DNA of 32,000 nucleotides from Psychrobacter sp. HD31 (GCF_051097895.1 NZ_CP142525.1:540001-572000); one strand, 5' to 3'; shown: positions 8,855 to 18,534, counted from the first letter of the stretch. The notes: generated by a model not told the origin, from the letters alone. Translations and numbers: made by a program.

Positions 8855-9400
8855 ATGATTCATATTATTTTAGTACATCCTAAAATGCCAAGTAACACGG
8901 GTAACATTATACGTTTGTGTGCAAATACAGGTGCTAAACTGCATTTGTTAAAACCCCTTGGTTTTGAGCTTGATGATAAAAAATTAAGAAGGGCAGGTCT
9001 AGATTATCATGAGTATGCACATTTAAACGTGCATGACAGCTGGGATGACGTTATCCATTGTCTTGCTGAACACAAGTGCAATAAAAAAGTCGCTTTAACC
9101 ACAAAATTTAGCAAGCCTTTTTATGAGTATGCATTTAATGAATCTAATGATGAGGGTAGTCAACCAAATCAACAGGACAATATTGCTTTGGTTTTTGGTT
9201 CAGAAACCGCAGGTTTGCCTGAAGAGATTAGAACAGATATTGGTGAAGAAAATTGGTTAAGGCTACCCATGTTGCCGGATTCTCGTAGTTTAAACTTATC
9301 AAATAGTGTGGCGATTTGTTTATACGAAGTTTGGCGTCAACTCGGCTTTTATGGTGACCAAGGTAAAAGTGTTGGCTATAACAAGTTAAGCTCATTATAA
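8855..9400 (+). CDS. trmL: tRNA (cytidine/uridine-2'-O)-methyltransferase TrmL (SPOUT family)
   Basis: MIHIILVHPKMPSNTGNIIRLCANTGAKLHLLKPLGFELDDKKLRRAGLDYHEY and LPMLPDSRSLNLSNSVAICLYEVWRQLGF are collinear with E. coli TrmL. I place the start at the ATG 8855 rather than the track's TTG 8849. There is a ~12-aa insertion relative to E. coli. Confidence 0.85.
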   Translation: MIHIILVHPKMPSNTGNIIRLCANTGAKLHLLKPLGFELDDKKLRRAGLDYHEYAHLNVHDSWDDVIHCLAEHKCNKKVALTTKFSKPFYEYAFNESNDEGSQPNQQDNIALVFGSETAGLPEEIRTDIGEENWLRLPMLPDSRSLNLSNSVAICLYEVWRQLGFYGDQGKSVGYNKLSSL

Positions 9401-9487
9401 CGTTAACAAAAAGTGATACAATATCGCAACTTTAATATTGACGATAATAACTTGTGGTATATCGCAAAACGGATAGCAAATAAATCT

Positions 9488-10153
9488 ATGCAAAGCAAAA
9501 AAAACATTTTAATAAAAGCACCAGAAGGCGTATTAGAAGTTGATGCCCTGTGGCAAAATGGTAATCCATTTGATGAATCAACGGATACGGTTGCCCTGTT
9601 ATGCCATCCTAACCCGTTACATGGCGGTGCGATGACCAATAAAGTAGTAACGACCATGTATCGTTTTGCTAGGGATGCTGGGTTTCATGTTGTGCGTTTT
9701 AACTTCCGGGGTGTTGGCGCATCATCAGGCGAACATGATTATGCAAAAGGAGAAGTCATCGATGCCATTAATGTATTACAATGGATACAAGAACAAACCA
9801 ATGCTCGCAAACTGTGGTTAGGTGGGTTTTCTTTTGGTGGTTATGTTACCGCAAGAGTTGCAGAAGCTTTAATGTTATCTGCTCACATTTGGGGGCTAGA
9901 AGACTTTGATTTACAAAAAGTTGCCTTAATTGCCCCCTCGGTTGTAAACAATGATACCAGCGATTTATCTTTACCAACGCTTAAGACTTTTGTTATTTAT
10001 GGAAGTGATGACGAAGTCGTAGACCCAGATGCAATAGTAGCTTTTGCAAATACAATGGAAGTTTGTGTTGACGTAATGCCACAAGTGGGGCACTTTTTTC
10101 ATGGGAAATTGGGTGAGTTAAAACAATTAATTGAACAACGGACGTTTGTTTAA
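9488..10153 (+). CDS. Alpha/beta-fold hydrolase (COG2945-like), substrate unknown
   Basis: Nucleophile elbow GFSFGG, with later GSDDEVVDP and GHFFHG supplying candidate Asp and His residues. The start is moved to ATG 9488 (MQSKKNILIKAPEG) because the track's 9413 start is a GTG whose 25 extra residues look like translated intergenic sequence. Confidence 0.7.
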   Translation: MQSKKNILIKAPEGVLEVDALWQNGNPFDESTDTVALLCHPNPLHGGAMTNKVVTTMYRFARDAGFHVVRFNFRGVGASSGEHDYAKGEVIDAINVLQWIQEQTNARKLWLGGFSFGGYVTARVAEALMLSAHIWGLEDFDLQKVALIAPSVVNNDTSDLSLPTLKTFVIYGSDDEVVDPDAIVAFANTMEVCVDVMPQVGHFFHGKLGELKQLIEQRTFV

Positions 10154-10220
10154 CTCGATACATAAAAGGTTATAAGCCCAAAATTTAAAAACGAATAACA
10201 TTTATTTTATGGATTAAATA

Positions 10221-11342
10221 ATGACGAAAACAGCTTTATTCCCTCTACAAAAATATAAAAACGCAATTGCAAGTGGTGACTTTAGCCATGATGATATGCA
10301 AGAGCAAGCAATGACATACCTAGACAGTATTTGTGTCGAATTGCAAAAAAACTCACCGAATCAACCTGCTAAAAAAGGGCTATTTTCTTTTTTAAAGCCA
10401 TCAAAATCTGCAATTAGTATGCCCAAAGGTTTGTACATGTGGGGCGGTGTTGGGCGCGGTAAAACATGGATGATGGATATGTTTTATGAGTCAGTACCTA
10501 CTGACCAAAAAATGCGGATGCACTTTCATCATTTTATGAAGTCAGTTCATAAACAATTAAATGAATTAGCAGGTCAGCAAGATCCATTACAAAAAGTTGC
10601 TGATAACATTCATCAAAAAGCAAAAGTCATTTGTTTTGATGAGTTTTTTGTCACCAGTGTTTCTGATGCCATGATTCTTGGTGATTTATTTACCATGTTA
10701 TTTAATAAAGGCATCACTTTGGTTGCAACCTCTAACATTGAGCCTTCAGGTCTTTATAAAGATGGTATCCATAGAGACCGGTTCTTACCTGCTATTAAAG
10801 AGGTTGAAAAACATAACACGGTTATGAATATTGACTCTGGGGTTGATTATCGTTTGCGAGTGCTACAACAAGCTAAATTGTATGTTCATCCATTAACTCG
10901 AGATAATTCTCATTGGCTAGCTAACCGTTTTGCAAAGCTTGCAAACAATCAAAAACAAATCAAAGACCCAATTGTGATTAATGGTCGTGAAATATCCATT
11001 AATGCACGTACAGAAAACACTTTATTTTGTGAATTCCGTCAGCTATGTATGGAGCCACGTTCTGCTTCTGATTTTATTGAAATGGCAAATGATTATGAAA
11101 CGATACTGATTGATAATGTTCCGGCACTAACCGATGGCTTGGTGGACCCAACACGCAGATTTATCTATCTTGTAGATGAATTTTATGACAGACGTGTCAA
11201 ATTGCTAGTTCGTGCTGAGCAATCTATTCTTGAATTATACGATGGCACAACCATGGCGTTTGAGATTGAAAGAACACGGTCAAGGCTATTAGAGATGCAA
11301 TCAGAAGATTACTTAAAAGAAGAACATCGATTAGATGAATAG
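10221..11342 (+). CDS. zapE: Cell-division ATPase ZapE (AFG1-like AAA+)
   Basis: Walker A in GLYMWGGVGRGKTWMMDMFY, Walker B in VICFDEFFV, then ATSN. The length of 373 aa is typical. Confidence 0.85.
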   Translation: MTKTALFPLQKYKNAIASGDFSHDDMQEQAMTYLDSICVELQKNSPNQPAKKGLFSFLKPSKSAISMPKGLYMWGGVGRGKTWMMDMFYESVPTDQKMRMHFHHFMKSVHKQLNELAGQQDPLQKVADNIHQKAKVICFDEFFVTSVSDAMILGDLFTMLFNKGITLVATSNIEPSGLYKDGIHRDRFLPAIKEVEKHNTVMNIDSGVDYRLRVLQQAKLYVHPLTRDNSHWLANRFAKLANNQKQIKDPIVINGREISINARTENTLFCEFRQLCMEPRSASDFIEMANDYETILIDNVPALTDGLVDPTRRFIYLVDEFYDRRVKLLVRAEQSILELYDGTTMAFEIERTRSRLLEMQSEDYLKEEHRLDE

Positions 11343-11390
11343 CTAAAAATTAATAAAAACAATAAAGTTGTCATACACAAGGATTAAGCA

Positions 11391-11990
11391 ATGAACGAAA
11401 ATACACAAACCACTGGTGATGCATTAATTAATTGGATAGAGTCTCGTCGTAGTATTGGTAACTTAGATATCCCAGCACCCAGTATGGAACAGTTAAAAAA
11501 AGCCATACATTGTGCTATGACGGCGCCAGACCACAAAAGATTACAGCCTTGGCGTTTTATCGTTACAAAAGGCAATGCCAGACATGAACTGGGTAGGGCA
11601 TTTTTAGCAGCTGCTAAAGCAAAAGCTGCGCGTGATGGCGATGAGCTTGATGAAAAGACCATCACTAAAACGCAAAAATTGCCACTTAGAGCACCAGTTT
11701 TGATAACCGTGGTTACACGCATGCAATACCATGAAAAAGTACCTACATTTGAGCAAGTTTTGAGTGCTGGTGCCAGCATACAAAACCTGATATTAGCGCT
11801 TCAAGCACAAGGTTTTAACAGCGTCTGGCGTACAGGACTTTTATGCAATGAACCAGATGTTAAACGTTATTTTAATGTTGGATCTGAAGACTATGTAGTC
11901 GGGTTTATATATACAGGCACTGCACACTGTGGCTTACCACAAAGAAGACCAATTGAAATCGATGACTTTATAAAGTTTGAAGATACATAG
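11391..11990 (+). CDS. NAD(P)H nitroreductase family protein (YdjA-like)
   Basis: 199 aa. RRSIGNL near the N-terminus, APDHKRLQPWRF and the QNLILALQAQGF region are typical of the nitroreductase fold. An AAGGA Shine-Dalgarno sequence lies upstream. Confidence 0.75.
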   Translation: MNENTQTTGDALINWIESRRSIGNLDIPAPSMEQLKKAIHCAMTAPDHKRLQPWRFIVTKGNARHELGRAFLAAAKAKAARDGDELDEKTITKTQKLPLRAPVLITVVTRMQYHEKVPTFEQVLSAGASIQNLILALQAQGFNSVWRTGLLCNEPDVKRYFNVGSEDYVVGFIYTGTAHCGLPQRRPIEIDDFIKFEDT

Positions 11991-12160
11991 GCTTTATGTA
12001 TAGACTCTATGCTGAGTTCATCACTTGATAAAGCGGATATAAAATAGAAACATTTGATATACCTAATGATACCGCTAACCACATATTATGTCACTTATCA
12101 TTAAGACTGTTGTGGTACTATATTTATAATTTATGACTTACTAATTTAAATGGATAACTC

Positions 12161-13360
12161 ATGAGTGATTTAAATCATCAAAATAATATGACTAAATTGA
12201 CCAATATTCTTGATAAAGCAAGAAAAGCTGGTAAAGAACGTTTAGCAAAAAAACCAAAAAATCCATTAGAAGATAAAATATCAGAGAAAAAGTCCAAAGA
12301 AGGGCAACCATTGCGCTTAGCATTTATTGGCGGTGGTAGTTTTGGCACAGCAATGGCAAATTTATCTGCACGCAATGGTTGCACCACAACGCTTTGGGTA
12401 CGCAACAAACGTAGTGTTAAATATATGCAAAAACACTATGTCAATAAGCAATATTTACCTAATTATACATTAGACCCTCGACTTAATTTTGACCACAGTA
12501 TTGAAGATGCAGTTAAAAATACAGACATTATTTTTGTTGCTGTACCCAGCTCGGCATTTAGAGAAACGCTTCAAAAAATAAAGCCCTTTATTACTGGTCA
12601 GTCTATCGTTTCACTTACCAAAGGTATGGAAAAAGATACCTTTGCACTTATGAGTGACATTATTATAGAAGAATTACCCGAAGTAAATTTTGGTGTTATG
12701 TCTGGTCCAAACCTAGCGGTAGAGATTATGGATAATATGCCATCGGGTACCGTCATCGCAAGTGAATCAGAGCAACTCCGTCATGCCGTTCAACAAGCGT
12801 TGCATTCTGCATTTTTTAGGGTGTTTGCAAGTGATGATGTGAGGGGCGTTGAACTGGGTGGTGCATTAAAAAATATTTATGCAATTGCCATGGGTATGGC
12901 ATCTGCTTATGATGTTGGTGATAACACTAAAGCCATGATTTTAACACGTGCCTTGGCAGAAATGAGCCGTTTTGGGGTGTCTATGGGGGCAAATCCACTT
13001 ACCTTTTTAGGTTTATCTGGGGTGGGAGATTTGTATGCAACATGTAACTCGTCATTAAGCCGTAATTTTAGAGTTGGTAAAATGTTGGGTGAAGGCAAAA
13101 CCCTAGAGCAAGCTATTAAAAAGCTAGGACAAACTGCCGAAGGGGTTAACACCATAGAACAAGTGCACGAAAAAGCCACAAAAGAAGATGTTTATATGCC
13201 AATTACACACGCACTGCATGCCGTGTTGTATGAAGACAAAGCTGCTTTAGGTGTTGCTTTAAACTTGATGGAAGCCGGCTTTAGAAGTGATGTAGAATTT
13301 GTTATGCCGCATGATCTTAGCAATGCAGATTTAAGCCAACTGATTGAAAAAAACAAATAA
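12161..13360 (+). CDS. gpsA: NAD(P)H-dependent glycerol-3-phosphate dehydrogenase with a ~50-aa basic N-terminal extension
   Basis: Rossmann motif FIGGGSFGTAMA starts at about residue 55. GPNLAVEI, GVELGGALKNIYAIAMGM, GLSGVGDLYATC and SRNFRVG are canonical GpsA blocks. Confidence 0.9.
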   Translation: MSDLNHQNNMTKLTNILDKARKAGKERLAKKPKNPLEDKISEKKSKEGQPLRLAFIGGGSFGTAMANLSARNGCTTTLWVRNKRSVKYMQKHYVNKQYLPNYTLDPRLNFDHSIEDAVKNTDIIFVAVPSSAFRETLQKIKPFITGQSIVSLTKGMEKDTFALMSDIIIEELPEVNFGVMSGPNLAVEIMDNMPSGTVIASESEQLRHAVQQALHSAFFRVFASDDVRGVELGGALKNIYAIAMGMASAYDVGDNTKAMILTRALAEMSRFGVSMGANPLTFLGLSGVGDLYATCNSSLSRNFRVGKMLGEGKTLEQAIKKLGQTAEGVNTIEQVHEKATKEDVYMPITHALHAVLYEDKAALGVALNLMEAGFRSDVEFVMPHDLSNADLSQLIEKNK

Positions 13361-13405
13361 TACATTAAATTTAAATACATAAAATAACTTAACGACTTAA
13401 TTGCT

Positions 13406-13882
13406 ATGAAAATAATATTAATAAGACATGGTGAGGCAGAAGGGTTTAAAGTTTCTGACAATAATAGAAAACTCACACCACTTGGTCATAAACAGGCAAA
13501 TCAAACGGCTGATTATATTTTAGGTCGTTACCAGCCTGATATGATGGTGTCTAGCCCTTATGTTCGGGCCATGCAAACACTTGAATCATTTACAGACTTA
13601 ATGCCAGGTACTGGCGTAAAAACATTAGATTACATCACACCAGCCGATGAAGCCAAAGAAGCCGTAAAAAAAATGAGTGATGAGTTTGAAGAGCTAAATT
13701 GCTTATTGGTTGTTTGTCATATGCCAATCGTTGCTAATATAGCGGCAACGCTTATTGGAGAGAGGGCAGAGGATTACAGTTTGGCAGAAGCCAGAGTAAT
13801 TGATACAGAGGTAATGGCAGCTGATTTAGGCACTTTGGTAGATCGATTTATTCCAAATCAATATGAACAATGTTTATTTTAA
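13406..13882 (+). CDS. sixA: Phosphohistidine phosphatase SixA
   Basis: 158 aa. Histidine-phosphatase RHG motif at the N-terminus (ILIRHGEAE) and a second catalytic His context (VVCHMP). Size and layout fit SixA. Confidence 0.75.
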   Translation: MKIILIRHGEAEGFKVSDNNRKLTPLGHKQANQTADYILGRYQPDMMVSSPYVRAMQTLESFTDLMPGTGVKTLDYITPADEAKEAVKKMSDEFEELNCLLVVCHMPIVANIAATLIGERAEDYSLAEARVIDTEVMAADLGTLVDRFIPNQYEQCLF

Positions 13883-13924
13883 TTCATGTTTTGATAACAT
13901 TTTATGCCAATCAAATTAAACGCC

Positions 13925-13953
13925 AATAAGCTTTAATTTTATTAAAGCTTATT
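13925..13953. terminator. Bidirectional hairpin terminator between convergent sixA and the pal-like gene
   Basis: AATAAGCTTTAA (13925-13936) pairs perfectly with TTAAAGCTTATT (13942-13953), with a 5-nt loop. The stem is AT-rich, so it is thermodynamically modest. Confidence 0.5.
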
Positions 13954-13990
13954 AGTTATGTCATCTTTATTGAAATTTTTTAATGAATCT

Positions 13991-14518
13991 TTAGTAAGAT
14001 AAAACCGCACGGCGATTTTGGCGATAAGCTTCTTCATTTCTGCCATTGGCTGCCGGCATTTCTTCTCCTAAGCTTCTAATCTCTATACTTCCCACATTAA
14101 CGCCTTGTGAAGCTAAATATTTTCTTACCGTTTGTGCACGGCGCTCGCCAAGTGCAAGGTTATATTCACGGCTGCCTCGCTCATCTGTATGACCTGTCAC
14201 TAAAACACGTGCTGTTGGGTTTTGTTTTAAAAATGCTACTTGCTTATTAAGTGTGTTTTTGCCAGCTTGGCTTATTATGCTGCTATTAAAATCAAAATAA
14301 ACAACAGAAGCTAGATTAGCAGCTGCCTTTACAACATCTGGTGAGTTAGTAACCAAAGCACCACTGGTATAGTTGTAATCAATCCCAGAAACATTTGCTG
14401 GATAACTGCTATTAACAGGAGATACAATAATATCAGATTGTTTTGGATGGCTTGCACAACCAGTAACCATAGCTGACGCACATACAGCAGCAAAAAACAC
14501 GTTTTTACCTAAAATCAT
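13991..14518 (-). CDS. pal: Peptidoglycan-associated lipoprotein (Pal-like, OmpA_C domain)
   Basis: Lipobox MVTGC. The C-terminal domain VYFDFNSS...VLVTGHTDERGSREYNLALGERRAQTVRKYL...NRRAVLSY is collinear with E. coli Pal. An AAGGA Shine-Dalgarno sequence is present. No tol genes are adjacent. Confidence 0.8.
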   Translation of the reverse strand: MILGKNVFFAAVCASAMVTGCASHPKQSDIIVSPVNSSYPANVSGIDYNYTSGALVTNSPDVVKAAANLASVVYFDFNSSIISQAGKNTLNKQVAFLKQNPTARVLVTGHTDERGSREYNLALGERRAQTVRKYLASQGVNVGSIEIRSLGEEMPAANGRNEEAYRQNRRAVLSY

Positions 14519-14716
14519 GATTATTCCTTTTTATTTAAATGTAAGCATTAGACTAAAACTATTGTAGCTTAATTTAAAGCTTACTGCTAAAAAAACACAA
14601 ATCTTAAACAATTTTTTATGCTTATAGGAAACAAAAATAAAGACAAGTTTCAAACAGTTTTAATCATTTTATTAATGATACAATAGAGGTTTTATTGCTA
14701 AATATTTGGAAGTCTT

Positions 14717-17350
14717 ATGAGTAACAATCAAACAAAAAATAAAATATATCTTAAAGATTATCAAGCACCTTGCTTTAATGTTAGTGAGGTAGAACTGGAC
14801 ATTAAGATGTATGACGACCACGCCGTTGTTGATGCCGAACTTAAAATGCATAAACAAGAAGAGGGTGATTTAGTATTACTTGGGAGAGACTTAGAGCTGC
14901 TTTCAATTGAGGTTAATGGACAATTGTTGACATCAAACAATTATCAACTAGACGACGAGCAATTAATCGTTAACTCATTAGCAAACGGTAGTCCATTACC
15001 AAATGAGGTTACAATAAAAACATCGGTTAAAATCAAGCCTCAAGACAATACATCACTTGAAGGGCTTTACATGGCTGGTGATGGTAAAAACAATGGTATC
15101 GAATATCAAAAAAACACCATGTTTGTTACTCAATGTGAGGCAGAAGGCTTCCGTAAAATTACCTTTTTTCCTGACAGACCAGACGTGCTAGCGAAATATA
15201 TAACAAGAGTAGAGGCGGATAAAAAATACCCAACATTACTTGCTAATGGGCATTTAATAGACTCTGGTGAGCTTGCTGGCAACCGACATTATGCCGTTTG
15301 GCAAGACCCTGCTAAAAAACCAAGTTATCTTTTTGCCTGTGTTATTGCAGACCTTGAAGTCATTCAAGATCAATTTATCACATCTGAAGGAAGAGAAGTC
15401 CTGTTAGAAATTTATACCAAACAAGAAGACATTGATAAATGTGATGTTGCCATGCAAGCGCTTAAAGATTCCATGAAATGGGATGAAGAAAATTATGGTA
15501 GAACGTATGATTTGAATCGTTACATGATTGTCGCAGTCAGTCAATTTAATATGGGTGCGATGGAAAACAAAGGATTAAATATTTTTAATACCGCTTGTGT
15601 CCTTTCAACTCCAGAAACCACAACAGACCCACGCACTTTTAGTGTTAAAGCAATTATTGCACATGAATATTTTCATAACTGGACAGGTAATCGCATCACT
15701 TGCCGTGACTGGTTTCAACTGTGTTTAAAAGAAGGCTTAACTGTATTTAGAGATCAGTCTTTTTCTGCTGATCATCAGTCACCTGCTGTACAACGTATCG
15801 AAGATGTAAGCATATTACGTGCGGCACAGTTTAGTGAAGATGCAGGTGCACTATCACACCCAGTAAGGCCAGAAAGCTTTGTTGAAATTAATAATTTTTA
15901 TACCGCTACTGTTTATGAAAAAGGGGCAGAAATTTGCCGTATGATGGCAAATATGATGGGTAAAGAAAATTACCGTAAAGGTACGGATGAATATTTTAAA
16001 CGCTATGATGGCAAAGCAGTGACGGTTGAAGACTGGTTAAGTGCATTAAGCTCTGTTGATACAAGGGTTTCAGATTTTATCACATGGTATCGTCAACCTG
16101 GCACTCCAAAAGTAAGTGCAACCAGCCATTTTGATGAAACTAATCGCAGTTTAACACTCAGTTTATCGCAAAAAACACGTCATGTTACTGGTTATGACGC
16201 ACCAAAACCTTTGCCGATTCCGGTTTCTACTGCCTTATTTGATGCAAACAGTGGGCAAATTATTGCAGAAAAAATGTTAATGCTAACAAAAGCACATCAA
16301 GATTTCATTTTTGAAGATTTGGATGTGAATACTAAGCCGGTTGTTTCACTATTGCGTGATTTTTCTGCCCCTGTAAATTTAGATTTTGTACAATCAGCCG
16401 AGGAGCTGGCATTTTTAATTGAACATGAAACCAATGGGTTTAACCGTTGGCAAGCTGCTCAAATACTTGTAAACATGGTATTAAGCGACGATAAAGACAC
16501 AAATGTATATTTAAATGCGATTAAAAATTCTGTCATTAGCTTAGTCAAGCATCCACAAAGCAGTGACCCAATGCTAGCGGCTCGCTTGTTTGATATACCT
16601 GCCGAGCGAGAAATGGCGACTTCAATCAACAAAGATTATGACCCAAGTATTATCAAACAAAAAAGAGCGGCTTTAAAGACTAAAATTGCTCATCATATGC
16701 AAGATTCTTTGATTGACTTATACCATCATTTGCCTATGCAAAGTTATGAAGATACGCCATATGCTAAAGGGGTGAGGGCGCTGCGTAACATTATTTTAGC
16801 CATGCTTGTACAAACCGATAAACAAGAAGGCATGAGCTTGGCAAGTCAACAATACAACCAAGCTAGTTGCATGACAGAACGTATTGGAGCACTTGCTGCT
16901 ATGATTGATTATCAAACCGAAAATGTGGCTGATTACTTAACGGATTTTTACAACCGTTTTGAGTCTAATGAATTGGTTATTGATATGTGGTTTACAGCAC
17001 AGGCAGGCTCAGATGCCATTAGTTTAAAGCAAATTCAACAATTACTGACCCATGACAGGTTTGACTGGGGTACACCGAATAGAATTAATGCTGTTATGAG
17101 AGGGCTAGCCGCTCAACCTGTCAAATTGTGGTCTGATGAGGGGCTTCGTACTTATTTAGAGGTCATTGTAAAATTAGATAAGTCAAACCCAGCATTGGCT
17201 TCTCGTTTGTTACAGCCAATGGCTCGTTGGAACACTTTAATACAGCCCCTAAAAGAGGTGGCGCAAACTCAGCTTAATCAACTAAAAGCGCAAGTTACCT
17301 CAAAAAATGTTGTAGAAACTTTAGACAGTATCTTAGCAATCAGTGAGTGA
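14717..17350 (+). CDS. pepN: Aminopeptidase N (M1 zinc metallopeptidase)
   Basis: 877 aa. GAMEN exopeptidase motif and HEYFH-x18-E zinc site (HEYFHNWTGNRITCRDWFQLCLKEGL). Collinear with E. coli PepN over the full length. Confidence 0.95.
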   Translation: MSNNQTKNKIYLKDYQAPCFNVSEVELDIKMYDDHAVVDAELKMHKQEEGDLVLLGRDLELLSIEVNGQLLTSNNYQLDDEQLIVNSLANGSPLPNEVTIKTSVKIKPQDNTSLEGLYMAGDGKNNGIEYQKNTMFVTQCEAEGFRKITFFPDRPDVLAKYITRVEADKKYPTLLANGHLIDSGELAGNRHYAVWQDPAKKPSYLFACVIADLEVIQDQFITSEGREVLLEIYTKQEDIDKCDVAMQALKDSMKWDEENYGRTYDLNRYMIVAVSQFNMGAMENKGLNIFNTACVLSTPETTTDPRTFSVKAIIAHEYFHNWTGNRITCRDWFQLCLKEGLTVFRDQSFSADHQSPAVQRIEDVSILRAAQFSEDAGALSHPVRPESFVEINNFYTATVYEKGAEICRMMANMMGKENYRKGTDEYFKRYDGKAVTVEDWLSALSSVDTRVSDFITWYRQPGTPKVSATSHFDETNRSLTLSLSQKTRHVTGYDAPKPLPIPVSTALFDANSGQIIAEKMLMLTKAHQDFIFEDLDVNTKPVVSLLRDFSAPVNLDFVQSAEELAFLIEHETNGFNRWQAAQILVNMVLSDDKDTNVYLNAIKNSVISLVKHPQSSDPMLAARLFDIPAEREMATSINKDYDPSIIKQKRAALKTKIAHHMQDSLIDLYHHLPMQSYEDTPYAKGVRALRNIILAMLVQTDKQEGMSLASQQYNQASCMTERIGALAAMIDYQTENVADYLTDFYNRFESNELVIDMWFTAQAGSDAISLKQIQQLLTHDRFDWGTPNRINAVMRGLAAQPVKLWSDEGLRTYLEVIVKLDKSNPALASRLLQPMARWNTLIQPLKEVAQTQLNQLKAQVTSKNVVETLDSILAISE

Positions 17351-17365
17351 TGATAAGGCAATGGA

Positions 17366-17396
17366 TAATCAGCATGTAGTGAAAGTATGCTGATTA
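17366..17396 (+). terminator. Weak hairpin downstream of pepN (possible terminator)
   Basis: TAATCAGCAT (17366-17375) pairs with ATGCTGATTA (17387-17396), with an 11-nt loop. No T-tract follows, so intrinsic termination is uncertain. Confidence 0.25.
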
Positions 17397-17483
17397 ACCT
17401 TAGATGTGCTATCGCTTAAGTTAAATAACTGTTAAAATAGCGGTATTACAACTTATTAATATTTTAATTTCGGTTTATAAATT

Positions 17484-17918
17484 ATGTTTCAATTACACCA
17501 AACATTAGCCCAAGATACTTTTTTGGTGGGCGAGTTTCCTTTGTCAACATTAAGGTTGATGAATGATTGCCAGTTTCCATGGTTAATTTTAGTACCTAGG
17601 GTTCCTGGCGTTACTGAACTTTACGAGCTAACACCTGCTGATCAAGTTCAGTTTTTACGTGAATCTAGCTGGTTATCAAGCCAGTTGGCAAAAGCATTTC
17701 AGGCAGATAAAATGAATGTGGCGGCGCTGGGTAATCAAGTACCTCAGCTACATTTTCATCACATAGTACGTTATCAAAATGATAGTAAATGGCCAAACCC
17801 TGTATGGGGCACGCCAGCAGTGCAGTATACACAACCTGTGTTACAACAAATGCAACAAACATTGATGATGGCGTTGCGTGGGCATAACGAGATGCCATTT
17901 GAATGGAAGATGAGTTAA
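17484..17918 (+). CDS. HIT-family (histidine triad) nucleotide hydrolase/transferase-like protein
   Basis: 144 aa. FPWLILVPR followed by NVAALGNQVPQLHFHHIVR (histidine-triad region) and WPNPVW. Confidence 0.7.
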   Translation: MFQLHQTLAQDTFLVGEFPLSTLRLMNDCQFPWLILVPRVPGVTELYELTPADQVQFLRESSWLSSQLAKAFQADKMNVAALGNQVPQLHFHHIVRYQNDSKWPNPVWGTPAVQYTQPVLQQMQQTLMMALRGHNEMPFEWKMS

Positions 17919-17955
17919 TCTTTTAACCAGTTAGTCTTTATTTTATGATTAAAAC

Positions 17956-17988
17956 AAAAAAGGAAAGGTTTGATGCCTTTCCTTTTTT
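17956..17988. terminator. Bidirectional rho-independent terminator (end of the HIT gene and end of the isc-suf operon)
   Basis: AAAAAAGGAAAGG (17956-17968) pairs with CCTTTCCTTTTTT (17976-17988), with a 7-nt loop. The GC-containing stem is flanked by an A-run and a T-run. Confidence 0.65.
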
Positions 17989-18050
17989 AATAAATACAAT
18001 CCGATTTTTCAACCCGTGCCTAATAAAGAGTGACTAAAAACTTTTAATTT

Positions 18051-18491
18051 TTAGGCAACCAAGCTTCTTACTCTATCAACCATAGCTTTTAAACCGTTAC
18101 CACGCACATTACTAATATGTTGCAACAAGTCTAATTGAGCAAAATAGTCTTCAATATCAAAGGCTAATATTTCAGCACTGCTCTTAAAGTTATAAGCAGC
18201 AATAATAATTGCCAGTAGCCCTTTAACAATAATGGCATCACTATTCGCTCGAAATGTGAATTTATCTTCATGTTTAAAGCTGGTAATCCAAACTTGACTC
18301 TGGCAACCTTTAACTACATTTTTTTCAATACAATCACAGTTTTCACACACTGGTAATTGCTTGCCTAAATCAATGATAAATGCGTATTTCTCTTCCCAAC
18401 TATCAAAAAATGACATTTGATCTAAAATATCTTCTGCAGTGATGTCTTTTCCTAAAACTGCCATAGGTCTCTCTCTTAATAAATTTTCCAA
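18051..18491 (-). CDS. sufE: Cysteine desulfuration (sulfur acceptor) protein SufE
   Basis: 146 aa. Conserved persulfide-acceptor Cys context VKGCQSQVWI. SufE/CsdE-like N-terminal SWEEKY block. Confidence 0.85.
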   Translation of the reverse strand: MENLLRERPMAVLGKDITAEDILDQMSFFDSWEEKYAFIIDLGKQLPVCENCDCIEKNVVKGCQSQVWITSFKHEDKFTFRANSDAIIVKGLLAIIIAAYNFKSSAEILAFDIEDYFAQLDLLQHISNVRGNGLKAMVDRVRSLVA

Positions 18492-18534
18492 AGCTACTGC
18501 TTTAATGGATTAATATCCAGTTATGCTTAAATTA

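Noticed and set aside
9100-9200. Short lineage-specific insertions in housekeeping proteins. Examples are ~12 aa in TrmL (NESNDEGSQPNQQDN) and ~12 aa in PepN (KNNGIEYQKNTM at about 15085-15120).
   Set aside because: These are surface-loop-sized, N/Q/D-rich insertions of the kind common in AT-rich lineages. Nothing suggests a new domain or mobile insertion such as an intein or IS remnant.
9413-9487. The GTG-initiated 25-aa N-terminal extension of the alpha/beta hydrolase ORF. The region also contains a 9-bp direct repeat ATATCGCAA (9421-9429 and 9459-9467).
   Set aside because: The extension (MIQYRNFNIDDNNLWYIAKRIANKS) has no family counterpart and starts 13 nt after the trmL stop. The ATG at 9488 gives a normal N-terminus. 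One 9-mer repeat in AT-rich intergenic DNA is too weak to call a regulatory element.
17745-17775. A non-canonical histidine triad in the HIT protein (LHFHHIV instead of H-phi-H-phi-H-phi-phi).
   Set aside because: As far as I recall, this spacing recurs in a conserved proteobacterial HIT subfamily with the same PWLILVPR / WPNPVW blocks. I could not substantiate that it is unusual without an alignment.
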